NCBI RefSeq assembly: GCF_004010195.1
Contig: NC_057751.1
Coordinates: 8,090,137 to 8,154,136 of the forward strand
Length of the DNA stretch: 64,000 nucleotides
DNA from: Chiloscyllium plagiosum
Lineage: Eukaryota
Direction of reading: 5' to 3'
Shown here: one piece after another, positions 36,876 to 50,971 of the stretch
Numbering within the stretch: position 1 is the first letter of the stretch
Layout of the letters: each line of letters opens with the position of its first letter
Position numbers and translations under genes: made by a program
Notes under the pieces: generated by a model
Told to the model about the DNA's origin: nothing
Database searches by the model: none
What the model saw: only the letters and a program-made list of their open reading frames with translations

Positions 36876-38175
36876 GTGCTTCCAAATAAACCTGTTGGAC
36901 TATAACCTGGTGTTGTGTGTTTTTTAACTTTGTACACCCCAGTCCAATACCGGCACTTCCACATCATATCACTTCGATAGCCAAACAGTAACCCCAAACT
37001 GTTCAGTGTACCTCAAATCCAGGAGAAGATAACATGTCACACACAACAATGCTGCAAGTAGTTGTTTTTGCATGAGAAACGGTGGTGGCTGCTTTTCCAG
37101 ATACTATCAGGATAATAATAGCTACGTCAGATAAAGTCACCAGAGTCCCAGAGTGCTGCGCACTCATTTGGGAGAGTGAGAGAGGCAACTGGTGGTGAGT
37201 TTAACCTGATGGTCACTATGTCTCAGGTGAGGAGTGAGGATGAGAAGGCAGGACCTTCATAATGACCTCAGTCGCTGAGGGAACTGAACCTGTGACTGCC
37301 TTGCAAACCAGCCATCCAGCCAAATGAGCTAACCAATCCTGGTTATATATTTGGATGCTGTCAGAATTCTATCAACTGTATTTTCACGCTGTAGGAACTA
37401 TAACAACTCTGTGTTTTGACAATCTCATGATAATAATGACAGCAATCTAGATACTGTCAAGATTATGACATCACACTTGCGTTAAAGACAATTTTAAATT
37501 GCTCTGTATTCTTGCAAGCTGTATTTTTGTATTCCTGTCTCATTTTTGTAGGTAGAGATAAAAAAAAACAACTTTCCTGCAGAAATCATCTGCAGTTCCA
37601 CAGAATAACAGAGCTGGGGTTAGCTATGGACTGACACTTGCAACAGAACCAGAGTAAGGTCAAACAAGGGCAATTTTTCAGGGAGGTGAGATAATTGGGA
37701 GAAGGATTTTGTTTTGAACACCCGTTTCAGAACTATTTTCAAACAATTCACCGCTTTCAATGGATAGGTGTAACACCTGGTGTGGTAGGGAAATGCAAGT
37801 GTTAAGTTCAGTGAGAACTCCGTAACGGCCTTGTTGATCAGACCTGAAACATCAACTATGCTCCGATTGACTGAGGAGAAGGAATAAACACAATTGCCAA
37901 TGAAACCCTGCAGATGTGAGGAAGAAAGAAGCAATGTGCCAGAGATCTTCCAAGAGGCTGGGCCTTCGGAAGGCAAAAGTAGCAGATGGCAAAGTACTGA
38001 ATAAAAACAACACTTGTGGAATGCAGCAATTGTAACAGTGTCAGTCAGTCATCGGGGTTGTGCAAACTTCACCAACAAGCTTCGATTGCCATAAGGAGCG
38101 AGTGTTGCACTGTCGGAGATCTCTACTCTCTGGTGAGATGTTGTCTTCCGCCATTTCAGGTGGACACTGTAGATT

Positions 38176-38387
38176 GGTAGTCATTGGAACAAGGGCCAGG
38201 TGGATCTCATTGAGTATGAAATCCCTGATTGGGCCCAATCCAGGAGCCCTGGCTGACAGATAGAAACAGGAGTCTAAGGGATTCTCCTCAGTCTGACTCC
38301 TCAGGGACTGACTCTGTCCAACCTAGTTACTGTCCGTATTCTGTGCACATGTAAATAAAAGGTACCTGCCTCCTTGTAGTTATTTCA
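38176..38387 (+). mobile_element. Solo LTR (family L1)
   Basis: gccaggtggatctcat...ccctgattggg...gtaaataaaagg...ttatttca. Confidence 0.6.
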
Positions 38388-38391
38388 AGTT

Positions 38392-38665
38392 GCACAGTGG
38401 TTAGCACTGCTGCCTCACAGTGCCAGAGACCCGGGTTCAATTCCCGTCTCAGGCAACTGTCCATGTGGAGTTTGCACATTCTCCCCGAGTCTGCGTGGGT
38501 TTCCTCCCACAGGTTAGGTGAATTGGCCATGCTAAATTGCCTGTAGTGTTAGGTGAAGGGGTAAATGTAGGGGAATGGGTCTGGATGGGTTGCTCTTCGG
38601 AGGGTCCATGTGGACCTGTTGGGCCAAGGGGCCTGTTTCCACACTGTAAGTAATCTAATCTAATC
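38392..38665 (+). mobile_element. HE1/V-SINE with internal deletions
   Basis: Head, partial V-domain, taatc tail. Confidence 0.85.
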
Positions 38666-39787
38666 CCGTAGCATTATTTGAAGGCATGAGCTCAACCAGA
38701 GTCTGAGTTTTTATTTATCTCCAAATCAAACCTTTGGTCGAACATTTGGCCATTATTGCAAGACAGTTTAGTGGGGCTTTCTGTGCAGCTGCTGGCATTA
38801 AGGTCTCATACATATCAGCGGTGTCACATTTGAAAATCAGAATGCCCTGGGCGTGTCTATACCTCAAGGATGTCAGTGGTTCAGGAAGGCGGTCTCACCC
38901 AGTGTAATCTGGGAGGGTTAATAAATGCAGGCACAGTCAGCGACACCCACATCCCATATGAATGAATGAATGAAACTGGCTGCAAAGAACCTTGCCATGT
39001 CCCGAGGTCATGAAAGGCGCTGTGAAAATGCAAAATCTTCCAATTCTTATTTAATTATCCACGCTCTGGAATTCACCACCACGACCAATGAGCATATTCC
39101 AGTCAGTGAGTCAGCAGTCTGTAGCATTTGTGTGCATTACCTCAGGGGAACGTTAAATCTTCAATGGAATTACTTCTCCCGATAAGTATTAAAAAAAAAG
39201 ATTTACAATTTGCCCTTGCAGTTCATTTCACAATTCAACATATTTGAAAGCTGCTTTTTTTAATTAGTGCATTACACACAGTGAAATAACGGCAGGCAGC
39301 ACACATGGATTGATGGTATGAATTGGGGATTTTTTAAAAGACAGCCCAGAGGTTTGATTGTCTTCAGAACGAGTGAAATTTGCATTTATGTGCAGCCTCT
39401 CACTGGCACAAACATCTCAAATTTCAACAGCGGGAGTGACAAGAAATATTTAGCAGCAGTCCGCAGAAGGAGACATTGGGGTTGGTTGGGGGGTGTGGGA
39501 TGGTCCTGAACATTTGTTTCTTCTGGTCGGGGAATTTGTGTGGTGGGTGGAGGAGCGTGGGAACAGTCTCAGGATCACGGAATCATTACTGACAACTTGG
39601 AAGTTACTTGGAAGTTGCATATCAGCGGAAAGACTGACTGAGGTTTTCCTGCCAAAGTACAAGTTCAATTATCGGACCTCCCCCCACCCTGGCGATGTGT
39701 CAGATACATGCAAATAGTCCTGAGTACCTAGCATAATTGAGGAATGGCTCTCGATGGGTTGTAACTATGGGGAAAGTCAAAATCAGT

Positions 39788-40020
39788 CCACAGTCATACA
39801 GCACGGAACCAGACCCTTCGGTCCAACCGATCTGTACCAAACATAGCCCCAAACTAAACTAGTCCCACCTGCCTGCTCTTGGTCTCTTTCACTTCAAATC
39901 TTTCCTATGTGTAGGTTGGGTGCATTAGTCAGGGGTAAACACAGGATAATAGGGTAGGAGAATAGGTCTGGGTGGGTTACTCTTCGGCGGGTCAGTGTGG
40001 ACTTGTTGGACTGAAGGGAT
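39788..40020. mobile_element. CR1 3' tail (minus, to ~39910) abutting an HE1 SINE 3' part (plus)
   Basis: agtcatacagcacggaaccagacccttcgg followed by gggtcagtgtggacttgttgg. Confidence 0.65.
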
Positions 40021-41121
40021 TCTATATTTGTACAAAAAGGTTTCCTTTTTTATGAATAAAGTGTATTTTTGCAAAACAGAAATCTGTAGAATTCTCCACC
40101 TCAGAGGCTTGTGGATGTTTACCTTGTTGAGTACATTTCAGGCTGGTACAGACACTGTTATGATCTCTCAGGGCACAGAGAGCAGGAAATGGGGAACGAG
40201 AAAGGAAGTGATGTTGAAGCCCCAAGTTTAGCCTCGATCAACCCAAATGGCAGAGTGTTCTTGACGAGTCTGAATGGTCTGCTCCTGCTGCTGCTCCTCT
40301 CTCTTGCCTTGCCTTTTTTGTGAGAGGTCAGGCTCATGACAAAGGTCAGTCTTAAGGAGTCTTAAAAGAAGGAGACTGAATTGGAAGAGGAGAAATATTC
40401 AAGGACAGAATTCCATGATTCAAACAACTACTGGGTCGGCCGCTGATGGAGGCAGCAATTAAGTTGAGGCCAGAGACACAGAGATAGAAAATCAGAGCAG
40501 GAATAGGCCATTCGGCCCTTCAAGTCTGTTCCACCATTCAATATGATCACAGCTGATTATCCAACTCAATGTCCTGGTCCTGCTTTCTCTCTCCTACACT
40601 TTGGTCCCTTTCGCCCTCAGACCTGTACCTTCCATTTTTTACTTCCATTTGGGATGCTCAGGAGCCTGTTATCTGAAGAATGGCAACACCTTAAAGGGTA
40701 ACAGGGAGATATTCAGGGAAGTTTGATCATTGGGTGAGGGGGAGGGTCTTTGCGCGAAACATGACATTTGTAGTTTAAAAATTGAGGCGCTCCTCGATGG
40801 AGAAGTCAAAGTAGGTCAACATGTTAAGGGCTCAGGAGAGAACATCTTGGACAGGGTCAGCCTCAAATGAATGGAGGTACAGAGAGTGAGGGAATAGCCA
40901 ATTCTCTCATGAGCCAAAGGACAAATGAGGGTTTCAGTAACAGACTGCTGGATGTGGGCCTAAAAGGGTCAATTCTTTGTGGCACATGCACCAAGCACTT
41001 CAAAGTATGGGCAGAACAGCTGAGAAGCACGAAGGGGTAAGACTTGACTTGAAGTCCTCCTCAAAGTTTCTGCAATGGTGTCTACCACATCAATGCAGTC
41101 GTTGAATGGTTGCTTGCTGAA

Positions 41122-41207
41122 GCTCCTCGATGCTGCCTGAACTGCTGTGCTCTTCCAGCACCATTGATCCAGAATCTGGTTTCCAGCATCTGCAGTCATT
41201 GTTTTTA
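41122..41207 (+). mobile_element. PLE pLTR arm (family A')
   Basis: Reverse complement of ~26938-27023. Confidence 0.8.
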
Positions 41208-42975
41208 ACATAGAATAAGCTGCACCTTGTCAGTGGCAAAACGTTCTTCCAGTTTTCCTCTCCCCTACATGACCAAGCAGTTTCCTAAACTTAGAAATGA
41301 TGACATCAAACTTCATCATGAGCAGCAGCTCAGCGCCTGGGCTGGGGCGGCCTGCCAATGTCACAGAAAAGCAGAGACAAGGACAAATAGTCACATTGCC
41401 TTTGCACTCTTGGACAGTAGCTTTGGAACACAATGCAGATGGATGCGATGAAAATCCTGTGCCTCTCCTGGCAAACGCTCCAAGAGCTGAATTTGGTCCT
41501 TTCAGCCCAAGGTCCTGCTCAGCATGGGTTCAGCCAGACACGGGGTTGTGCGTCCAAGTCTGTGTAAAGTCGCTCCCACCTTATCAGATTGGTAAAGCAA
41601 AACACTTGGAGGTAAACAGAACTCTCAACCCAGACAGCACAATCACGGCTTTGCAATTCACCTCGCCTTCCAGGTTATTTCTCACAGTGACCCACACAAC
41701 GGGCATCAATTGACACCCATGAACAACACAAAAGGAAATCTTACTTTAAATGCTCACACAGCAACGTAGTGATGCCTAGCATTGTTGCCTGCTGCACTTG
41801 TGCCATTTTTCAAAGTAGTCACATTTGGAACCTAACGACTGGCCAAGTTCAAAGATATTTGTTTTTGCAGTGGTGGGTGCTCATGACGAATAGCCACATT
41901 TTTACTCATGCACACTTGGTAACCAGAGTAACAGTGATGAAAATAATTTTATAAAAATGTGAGGGGGCATAATTCCAGTCAGAAAAGTATTCTGGGGTTG
42001 GGAGGGAGGTGTTGAGGGAGGTTATGTTCCCCACCATTGCACCCTGATTTAATTGTGCTCATTTCTGGGAGTCATAGGTATCGTGAAGATACTTGCTTTT
42101 CTTCACAGATGACAAAGGGGCACTTCAGAAACAGAATTATGAATATATTAAGAGAGTGATCTGCATCACAGTGACAAAGTCATTCAGAGGCAGGCACAAA
42201 GATCGAGCTTGCTCTTTCTTCCTTGCAAAGAAAGGAGAGAAATTACAGCCAGTCTGTGCCTTTGACAAATTAATCTTCCCATCAGCCTGCCAAACAGAAA
42301 TCTTTCTTCTTTATCTGATACTGCAAAGCATAGTCTGCACTATTTATAACTTCGGAGCTGAACTCTAGAAAAGGGGAGGAATTTCACTTACATATCGCCT
42401 TACCACATCTCTCAGAAACATGACAAAGGGCTTAAGAAATACCAACTCGTGGTTGTATGGTGTCTTTCATGACCACAAGATGCCCCAAAGCAATTAATAG
42501 TCAGCAATTCTTGTGCTGCCCCACAAGTGACAGTCTGCCAAAGTGAGAATGACCCATTTATTTGCACTCTTTGTTGTCTGTCTATTAGCCAATCATTAAA
42601 CCAAGTCCGTGCATTAATTCCTGTATCCAACGGGCTTCATCAAAAGCCTTCTGAGAATCTCAGTGCACTATGTGCATCAGCTCTCCTTGGTTTGTCACTG
42701 TTTCAAAAAGCTTTCTCTGCTGGTCCTGGGGAGAGAGAACAGCCCTCCTTTGTACCACCCCGTCCTCCAGGTCACTGTCCGTCAAGCAATGGCAGCATTT
42801 TCCCTGAGGGGGCAAATAAACTCAGCCATGCGGAACTGACCAAGTGCATGACAACCTTTTGAACATGGCACTGTGCAAAGGCTCCTGGAATATCCTGGCA
42901 GTGGGTAATAATCCCATTTCCCACGACCAGGAGAATATGACGGGCTGTGTACAATTGTGGAACTGTGCACGGAAC

Positions 42976-43201
42976 TGAGATAACTCCGCTCAGGCCGGTA
43001 TCCCATCACCAAGTCACTTTTTATTTACACTTGGAGAGTCCTTGACCCTGATCCAGCTTCCCTGGAACCAGCTCCGAGAGTGAACAGAACCCCGTGACAT
43101 TCCTGTTTATATCCGTCAGCCAGAGCTCCCTGATTGGACCAGGTTCGCAGCCCTTTCGGGGAACTCATACTCTATGAGATCCACCTTGTTATAACCACTG
43201 T
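42976..43201 (-). mobile_element. Solo LTR (family L1), uninterrupted
   Basis: Homologous to 3257-3491; has the empty site ttcctgtttatatccg. Confidence 0.65.
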
Positions 43202-44094
43202 TGATAGTGTGGAAAAAAACGCACGCGGTCTCACAGAAAGAACACTTCCATGAAACCTGCCACAAAAGACACTCTGCCAGCCTCTGGCCCATTTGTTCAG
43301 CTAAAGGTGAGACTGTGTTCCACAAAGATAAGAAGTACAGGCTTCACAGACCAAAGGAACACTCATTACACTTGTCAAAGGAAAAGCAATGGCAAATACA
43401 TGAAGGCTGCATTCATAGATTGCGCCAATTTATCAGATTTAATTTATTCATTTTGTCAGTCATGACTTGAATGTCTAATTCCACGTTATTTGAAGTGAAC
43501 TTTTTTTTGTCCCAGTCTACTCATGCCTTGTGGCACATATTTATATTGTGAAATATTTCAAAAAAGGCGCACTGTCAAAATATGAATGCTTGCCCTGTCC
43601 CTTCACAGGAGCCCTCTGACCTGTTGAACGTTTCCAACGTTCTGAAGTGCTTGACTGTCCATGCTCATCCTTCCCGATTGCAATTGCAGTGACCGTCATG
43701 GTTGCATGCCTCAGCAGCAAGCCCATCCTTCTTGTGGTGCGGGGAGGAGAAAGATCAGGAAAGGCAAGGCCAGCCCTTCGGATTTCAATACACCAGAATC
43801 CTATTCCACAGCCAGAATCAGACTTGGATCTCACAGCTCACAGCTCAACCTGTCCACCTGTACACACTTGACATAAAGAGTGGCCATTCAGACCAGGGAA
43901 TCGAGGGTACGTTGACAGCAACGCTGAGCAAAGAGTGAATGGCTCAGAAGATGGGGAGGGGCGAACCCCCCAGAACAGAAGAATCCTCGAATTCCCGTTT
44001 CACTAACATTTAACTAATTCAGGGGAACAGCTGGTTGACTCTCATGATTAACATGAGCGAGTTTGACTAACAAAACAAAATCACACTTTCCATG

Positions 44095-44662
44095 TTATCT
44101 CACTTCATTGGTGGAAGAGGACGACTCTCTTCCACTCTCAGGGTGAGTCCGTGGGTGGCTCCACAGTCTGACGCAGCTTCCACAGACTCTGCCACACTTG
44201 GGACAGAAGGTGGTCAGGGGAAGGGTGGGTGGGGGCGTCGGTTTGGCAGCACGCTCCTTTCACCCGGCTCCTGCTTTTTCCCAACGGCAAGTCTCGAGGT
44301 GTCTGACGCCTTCGCGGATGCTGTTCTTCCACTTTGGATGGTCTTGGGCCTGTGATTCCCAGGTGTCTGTGGGAATGCCGCACTTCCCCAGTGAGACCTT
44401 GAGGGCATCCCTGAAGCACTCCCTCTGTCCACCTGGGGCTTGCTTACTTTTATTCCAGCTGTGAGTAGAACGCCTGCTTTGAGGAGCCTCACGTGGGTCA
44501 TGGGAGCGACATACCCAGCCCATTGTGGCTGAACAAGGGTGGTCAGTGACTCAATGCTGGGGATGTTGGCCTGGTCAAGAATGCTGGTGTTGGCACGTCT
44601 ATCTTCCAAGCAGACTTGCAGGATCTTGTGGGACTGCTCCAGCACCTTGAGGTATCTGCTGA
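44095..44662 (-). pseudogene. RTE-clade (BovB-like) LINE 3' fragment
   Basis: ILDQANIPSIESL...QWAGYV...PGGQRECFRDALKVSLGKCGIPTDTWESQAQDHPKWKNSIREG...CPKCGRVC...SHPRTH (terminal C2H2-like finger). Confidence 0.8.
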
Positions 44663-45171
44663 ATTCTAATTGTTGCATCTCGTCACACAATCAAGTATAT
44701 CTTGAGTTGGTGAGGGCTGTTGATCCCGCAAACTTAACCCATGTTGGACATTCTGCTTGAAATGCTTTTCTGTCCTTCAGTGTTCCAAACTGAACACTCA
44801 TGACAAACTCGGCTCAAACATCTCTATCAGAAGCACACAGCAAACTTTTTATTAAGCAGCACCTCAGGGAGCAGGAGTGCGTTGGTTGATCAAACATTCC
44901 AGATAATCAAGAGGTCCTCATAACAACAGTTAAACCTTGGCCAAGTGAAGCACTGAGACATTGACATCCCTCAAAGAATCACTGTAAAAACAGCACCACA
45001 CCTCATAACATCGCACAGCATGCATCAGAAATGTAATGCATATACAGTCTACACATCACTGAAATACTTCATTAATGGCATAAATACTCCAATATTGTGG
45101 TAGACTGTGGTATTTGATGGGCATAGGTTTTGCTGGTTTATCAGGACTGCCAGTTGATAAGGTGCCAGTTA

Positions 45172-45810
45172 CAGAGTCAGATAGTCATACAGCACAGAAA
45201 CAGACCCTTCGGTCCAACCCAGTCCATACCAAACATAATCCCAAACAAAACTAGTCCCAACCTGTCTGCTCTCGGCCCATTACCCTCCAAACTTTTCCTA
45301 TTCATGTACTCATCCAAATGTCTTTTAAATGTCGTAACTGTACCCGCATCCAACGCTTCCTCTGGCAGTTCATTCCACACACAAACCACTCTCTATGTAA
45401 AACAGACATGCCCTCATGTCTGTTTTAGATTTTTCTCCTGTTATCTTAAACATATGCCTGAGTCTAGAAATTCCCCAGCCTAGTGAAAAGACACCTTATC
45501 TATACTTGTCATGATTTTATAAATCTCTCATAGGTCAACCCTCAACGTCCGGTGCTCCAGTGAAAAAAGCCCCAGCCTATCCAGCCTCTCTTGATAACTC
45601 AAACCCTACCCAGTGAATCTCTTCTGAACCCCCTCCAGCTTAATAATATCCTTCCTATAAAAGGGTGACCAAAGCTAGACACAGTATTCTAGACGTCAAG
45701 TACAACCTCAACATAACATCCTGACTCCTCTACTCAAAAGGCCTGAGCACTGAAGTTGAGTGTGATAAGTGCCTTCCTAACCACCCTGCCTGCATGTGAC
45801 GCAAATTTTA
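45172..45810 (-). mobile_element. CR1/HER1 3' fragment
   Basis: VCVWNELPEEALDAGTVTTFKRHLDEYM. Confidence 0.85.
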
Positions 45811-47704
45811 AAGTTAAAACAAAGTTTGCTGGAACCAAAAATCTGAAAGCTGAGGTTTCTCGCGCCAAAATTTATTTGGCATAACGTCAGCTGTGAGAAC
45901 AGTTCGTGAAACATGCTGACAATTAACAGCTTTTACCATCTACTGAGGATGTCCATCTTGAAGTGGCTCTCTCCAGAAATCCTTGGCAATGGACCTCAAC
46001 AATCAATTGTCCTTACTACGGTCCAACAGACAACCTCAAGCAAAACACTAGTTGTCTCACAATAAAATGGAAGCTACAACTGGTAAACAGGCTTATTCCA
46101 TGTCAGTCAATGAGTCAAGATATTTTTGACTCACACACAAAACAGTGGCATTGCTGGGAGCGAAACTTCCCAAAAGTACTCTGCAGTGACAAAGATCTGC
46201 AAGTGTCCTATGACAGATGACATTGCAAACTTGAATGGGAAACGTTCACAGAGCAGTTTTTTGATGGTAAGTGCTGGCATAATGGTGTGACCAAAGATAC
46301 CGGCACCGGCTTTGTGCACTGTGGGGTATGCCCCAACACGAAGTTTTTAATTTTACAGGCCCTGTCATTTGATAGCTCACGAAATACTGCTACAGTTCTG
46401 TTTGCAGACGGCTTCACGCTTTCGCGAAAATAGCAGTCAAAAGAATGTCATCCAAATGCATTGAGCTGTCTTTTCTGAAGTTCTCACTTGAAAGGACGTA
46501 ATTAAATCAATCAACATGTTCTTCCAGTTAGTGAGAACAGGCAGAGAACAGACCATACCCACTCAATCTACACTCGCAAAACCCAAAATAAAACGTCCAT
46601 TGTTAACTGAAGTTGGGCAACATTTGGTAAGTAATCCTCAGCAGCGTGAGCAACCCATTTAAAGTCAAACCTTTACCTGATTCATTTACACTTGTTAGAA
46701 ACAACATACAAGGACCTTCGCTCTGCAAACAAAAGGAATATGTTCAAGCCTTGTGGGTTTTTTTTTTAACTAGCCAGGACCTCAGGGAGCCTATAGTTTC
46801 CTGTTGCTTCTGTTACCATGACCACCACCACACCTCTCCCCACCATCAGCCAGAGTCAATTTGTCAATCTATCAACACCTTTTATTCTTCTGTAATATGA
46901 GCTGTCATGAACGGCTGAAATAAATTCTTGCATTTGTCCTGATGAGTGCACGTAAGATTTGGTAGTATGATGTCCTTTGCATGTCTTTGCTTTCCTCAAA
47001 TCCATTGGGAAGCAATGCTGTTTTACAGTTCACACAGCAAATTCGAGTTGCTTTGCCAGCATGCACTTATAAACACGTGTTGTGGCCTGGGGCTAGAACG
47101 AGTGAAGGTAAAGGTTCCATGCTTGACCTGGAATGTCTCCTGTTTTTACCAACTGTCACAGGAGAACTGCAGAACAATTGGTTACATGTCAAGTGGCCAC
47201 AAACTCCTGGAGATGGACTTTGAATCCGGTGCCTCTGGTTTAGAGGCAGGGACATTCCCTGTTGCACTGCACATACATCTCACGTTTCAAGGAAGAAGGA
47301 GGCCACTCAGACCACTGAGCCTGTGCTAGCTGTTTCGGGAAGCAACCCAGGTAATTCTGTTCGGCAACACTCTCCCCGTCCCACGGTAAACTTTTCTGCT
47401 TTGTTTACTATTCAAATTCCCCTCTGAACGTATTAAAACATTTCCACTGCATTATCTGGCAATGCTCCAAATCCAAATCATATATTAGACAGAAAGACAA
47501 TTCTCATTTAGTCTTTGATTTTTTCTGTTAATCATTGCGAATCCTTGTTTCTTTATCTGTCCCTAGTCTCTCTTTATTAATTGTATCGCCATTTTTCCTA
47601 ATTTTAAATACCTCTATCAGATCTCTTTGGTCTCTCAGTTCAAGTGTGAGCAAGCCCCACCTCCCCACTCTATCTCCATGACGGTAACCCCCTCACGTCA
47701 TGGG

Positions 47705-48285
47705 GTCGTAGAGATGAACAGCACGGAAACAGACCCTTCGGACCAACTCGTCCATGCTTACCAGATATCCTAAATTAATCTAGTCCCATTTGCCAGCATT
47801 TGACTCATATCCCACTAAACATTTCCAATTCATACACCCATCCAGATGCCTTTTAAATGCTGTAACTGTAACAATCTTCACCACTTCCTCTGGCAGCTTA
47901 TTCCATACACGTACCACCCTCTGCAAGAAAACGTTGCCCCTTAGGTCTCTTTTAAATCTTGCCCCTTTCACCCGAAACCTACATTCTCTAGCTTTGCACA
48001 TCCCACGTGCCCCCTCTTCCCCACCCACCCCCAGGGAAAAGACCTTGACTGTTCAGCCTATCCATGACTTTATAAATCTGTATAAGGTCACCCCGTCAGC
48101 CTTCGACACTTCAGGGAAAACATCCCCCAGCCTATTCAGCCTCTCCTTACAACTCAAACCCTGCAACCCCGGCAACATCCTTGTAAAACTTTTCGAGCCC
48201 TTTTGATTCTCACAACAACATTCCTCGAGCAGGGAGACCAGACCTGGACACAGTATTCTAATAATGGTCTAACCAGTGTCCTGTC
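47705..48285 (-). mobile_element. CR1/HER1 3' fragment
   Basis: LVRPLLEYCVQVWSP; RVVRVWNKLPEEVV. Confidence 0.85.
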
Positions 48286-49602
48286 TGGAACTTTGCTGAT
48301 AAATCTCTTCTGTGAGCTCTCCAAGGTCTTAATATTCTGCTTCAGTGTGGTACTCAATCGTACAAACAAAAGAAAATCTCCACTATTGTTAAAGGGGATG
48401 TTAAGTAAGTGTTATGAGGCAAATGGGAACAGAGAGAGGAAGGAATAGGATGGGGACTTGAGAGCAGCACAAATGTCTGCAGGGACTGGATGGGCTGATT
48501 GGCCTATTTCTGTGGCAATTACTCTATGCAACAGTGCACATTACGATCACATTGATTTAACCTCTGAGCAGCGTGCCCCTGGAGCCACGCAGAAAGATAA
48601 TAGTCAGGTCAAGAAAGCATGTGTTTGTTGTATTAGTGATCGCATTCTACAGGGAAGTCAGTCTGTTCTGAATGAGCTCCCAATCAATGGTAGAAAGAGA
48701 CTTGCCACATCCAACAATCAATAGAGTGCAAAGGATTGGCATCTATCCAGTCCATCTGTCAATACTAACTGCGTTTCTCAAGTAAAGACCTGAAGCACCT
48801 AATCTTTATCTGCCGAGAGTTTCTGCTTCACTTGTGCTGTGGCCCTGTCATGTTGCAGCTGGACAATAGCACATCAAGACAACAGTGCAGTCATCAACTC
48901 TGCAGCAGCGTAACCATTTAACAACAAATTACCGGGTACTGCACTGCCTTGCACCTCTTTCTCTGGCCTTCCCTTTCCCTTGCACTGCCCTTTCAGCCTC
49001 CCCACCACCTCCCCGTGCTTGCTCAATGGAGAAAGGGCCCAAATGAGAGCCTTTGAAGCACTGGACAGTGAGGGCGTCTCAAACTGTTCTCATTCCAACT
49101 CTATTCTCACGAAGCGAGGGGCTGAACAGTTATCGTGAGGCAGGTGGGAATGCGGATCTGAGGTCAGAATCGGATCAGTGATGATCTCATTGAATGGCAG
49201 AGCAGCACTCAAGGGGCCGAATGGCCTTCTCCTGTTCCTCGGTTTTTGAACGTTGAAAATGATGATGGACATCGACGTGCACTGCATGTGGAGTGAGGCA
49301 CGTGTGTCGCGACATTAGCTGGCATACCACATGAACTGTGATGTTGTGACTGCGCTGGGATTTTACTTCGCACAGTTGTGGGATAAAGTATACAGTATTT
49401 CTGCAAGAAAGGAGGAACAGTTCTCACTGTAGCACAGCACGTATCCCTGATCCTTTGTGGGGAACGGTGCGCAGATGAGGAAGACAAATAAGCCAAGTTT
49501 CCCACTCCTGATCATTCCATCTACGCACCACACAAAGTATTCTATCTCAATGCACCGTGGCTTAGTACGGCAAATGCTCTGCCCAGGAGTGTAATAAATC
49601 AC

Positions 49603-50130
49603 AGAAAGCTGAATACATAGTCCAGACCATCACAGAAGCCAACCTCCCATCCATTGACTGCATCTAGACTTCGCGTTGCCACGGAAAGGTTGCTAACATC
49701 ATGAAAGACCCCTCCCAGCGTGGTATTGCTGTCTTCCCACCTCTTCCATCAGGCAGAAGATACAGAAACTTGAATATAGGCAACAACAGGTTCAAGAACA
49801 GCTTCTTCTCCACTGTTGTTAGGTTGATGAATGGTCCACTCTAATTTCAAATCTAATGCTTCTCTGCACCTCATTTGCAACTGTAACCTGCTATGCCTCA
49901 CTCTGACTAAGCATCCTCTGATCTGTATGTCCTTCTTTGCTGTGATCTGCTTGTCCTGCTCACAAAAAACAAAACTTTTCACTGTAATGGGGCATGTGTG
50001 ACTGCAGTTTCAAATACTGCAGTGCTGGAAAAGCATAAGCTGGTCAGGCAGCATCCGATGAGCAGGACAGTCGACGATTCGAGCACAAGCTCTTTATCAG
50101 GAATGTGACGACAATAAGTCAAAACAAATC
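49603..50130 (+). mobile_element. Rex1/Babar-like LINE 3' end, interrupted near its tail by a PLE arm
   Basis: ITEANLPSID...IMKDPSQ...PLPSGRRYRNL...RFKNSFF; 3' UTR aaacttttcactgt; tail resumes after ~50103. Confidence 0.7.
50020..50103 (-). mobile_element. PLE pLTR arm with degenerate hammerhead
   Basis: Minus strand cattcctgataaagagcttgtgctcgaatcgtcgac. Confidence 0.65.
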
Positions 50131-50971
50131 AGAGATTCCCAGAGCAAGTGGCTTGCGAGACAGAATCAGACTTAGCTATGCTCCCCTCCACAGTCAAATA
50201 GCGTTGCCAGCACTCACAGCTGAGCCTTAGACCGAACAAAGGGATGAGGGATCAGAAAGTTGCCATTGCCTGCAAAGCCGGGGTAGCAGCAGAGTGAACA
50301 ATACTCAGGGCAGGGGAAGGTCACGTTATTACTGAACAATGCTCCTCACAGCAATGAATGCAATTCAGGCAGCACAGCACGACAGTAATTTTTATGTGGG
50401 GTGAGCAGGTGATTGGACTCGTACTGGCTGGTGCATGCTTCTTTTTTCAATGTTTGCCCATTACTGAGTATATCGGAGCAGTCAGTCACACACACAGAGG
50501 CACCAAAAATAGACAGAATTACTTTCTTGAACCCTCCATGGAATGCAATTCTAAATTACCATCTGTTCTGCAAAGCCCTGCCGAACAAAACAAGCCTTGC
50601 CGGTGTGAAATTCTGGATGAGTGTTGGGGAATGCAATTCTCCCCGAGGAATGAATGACAGAGGGGGTTGGGGGGTGAGGGGAGGGGAGGGGAGGGGAGCT
50701 GCTGCTGTAGCTCAGAACGGCATCTGAGCCACCCTCTGGCCATGTCCCTTTGACGGTCTCTCCCCAGAGGCTCGACAAACCAAGGACGAGAAGTTTATCA
50801 AACCCGCTGTCTCCGGGACCCAGGGTCCCAGAACTGTCACAGTGGAAATGATCCACCCTGTCTGATAGTGAACAAGGAGGTGGACTGAGAATTAGCAGGG
50901 CCACTTGCAGGCTGTGTCCTTGCTCATTCTCTGAACTGACTGAACAGGGACAGGGATGGTGGGTGGGTGGC

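Larger units (their letters stand above)
36726..36966. mobile_element. PLE-derived foldback (family B) with two hammerheads
   Basis: About 83-bp inverted arms 36726-36808 and 36846-36928; imperfect TSD catattactttg / catatcacttcg. Confidence 0.85.
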
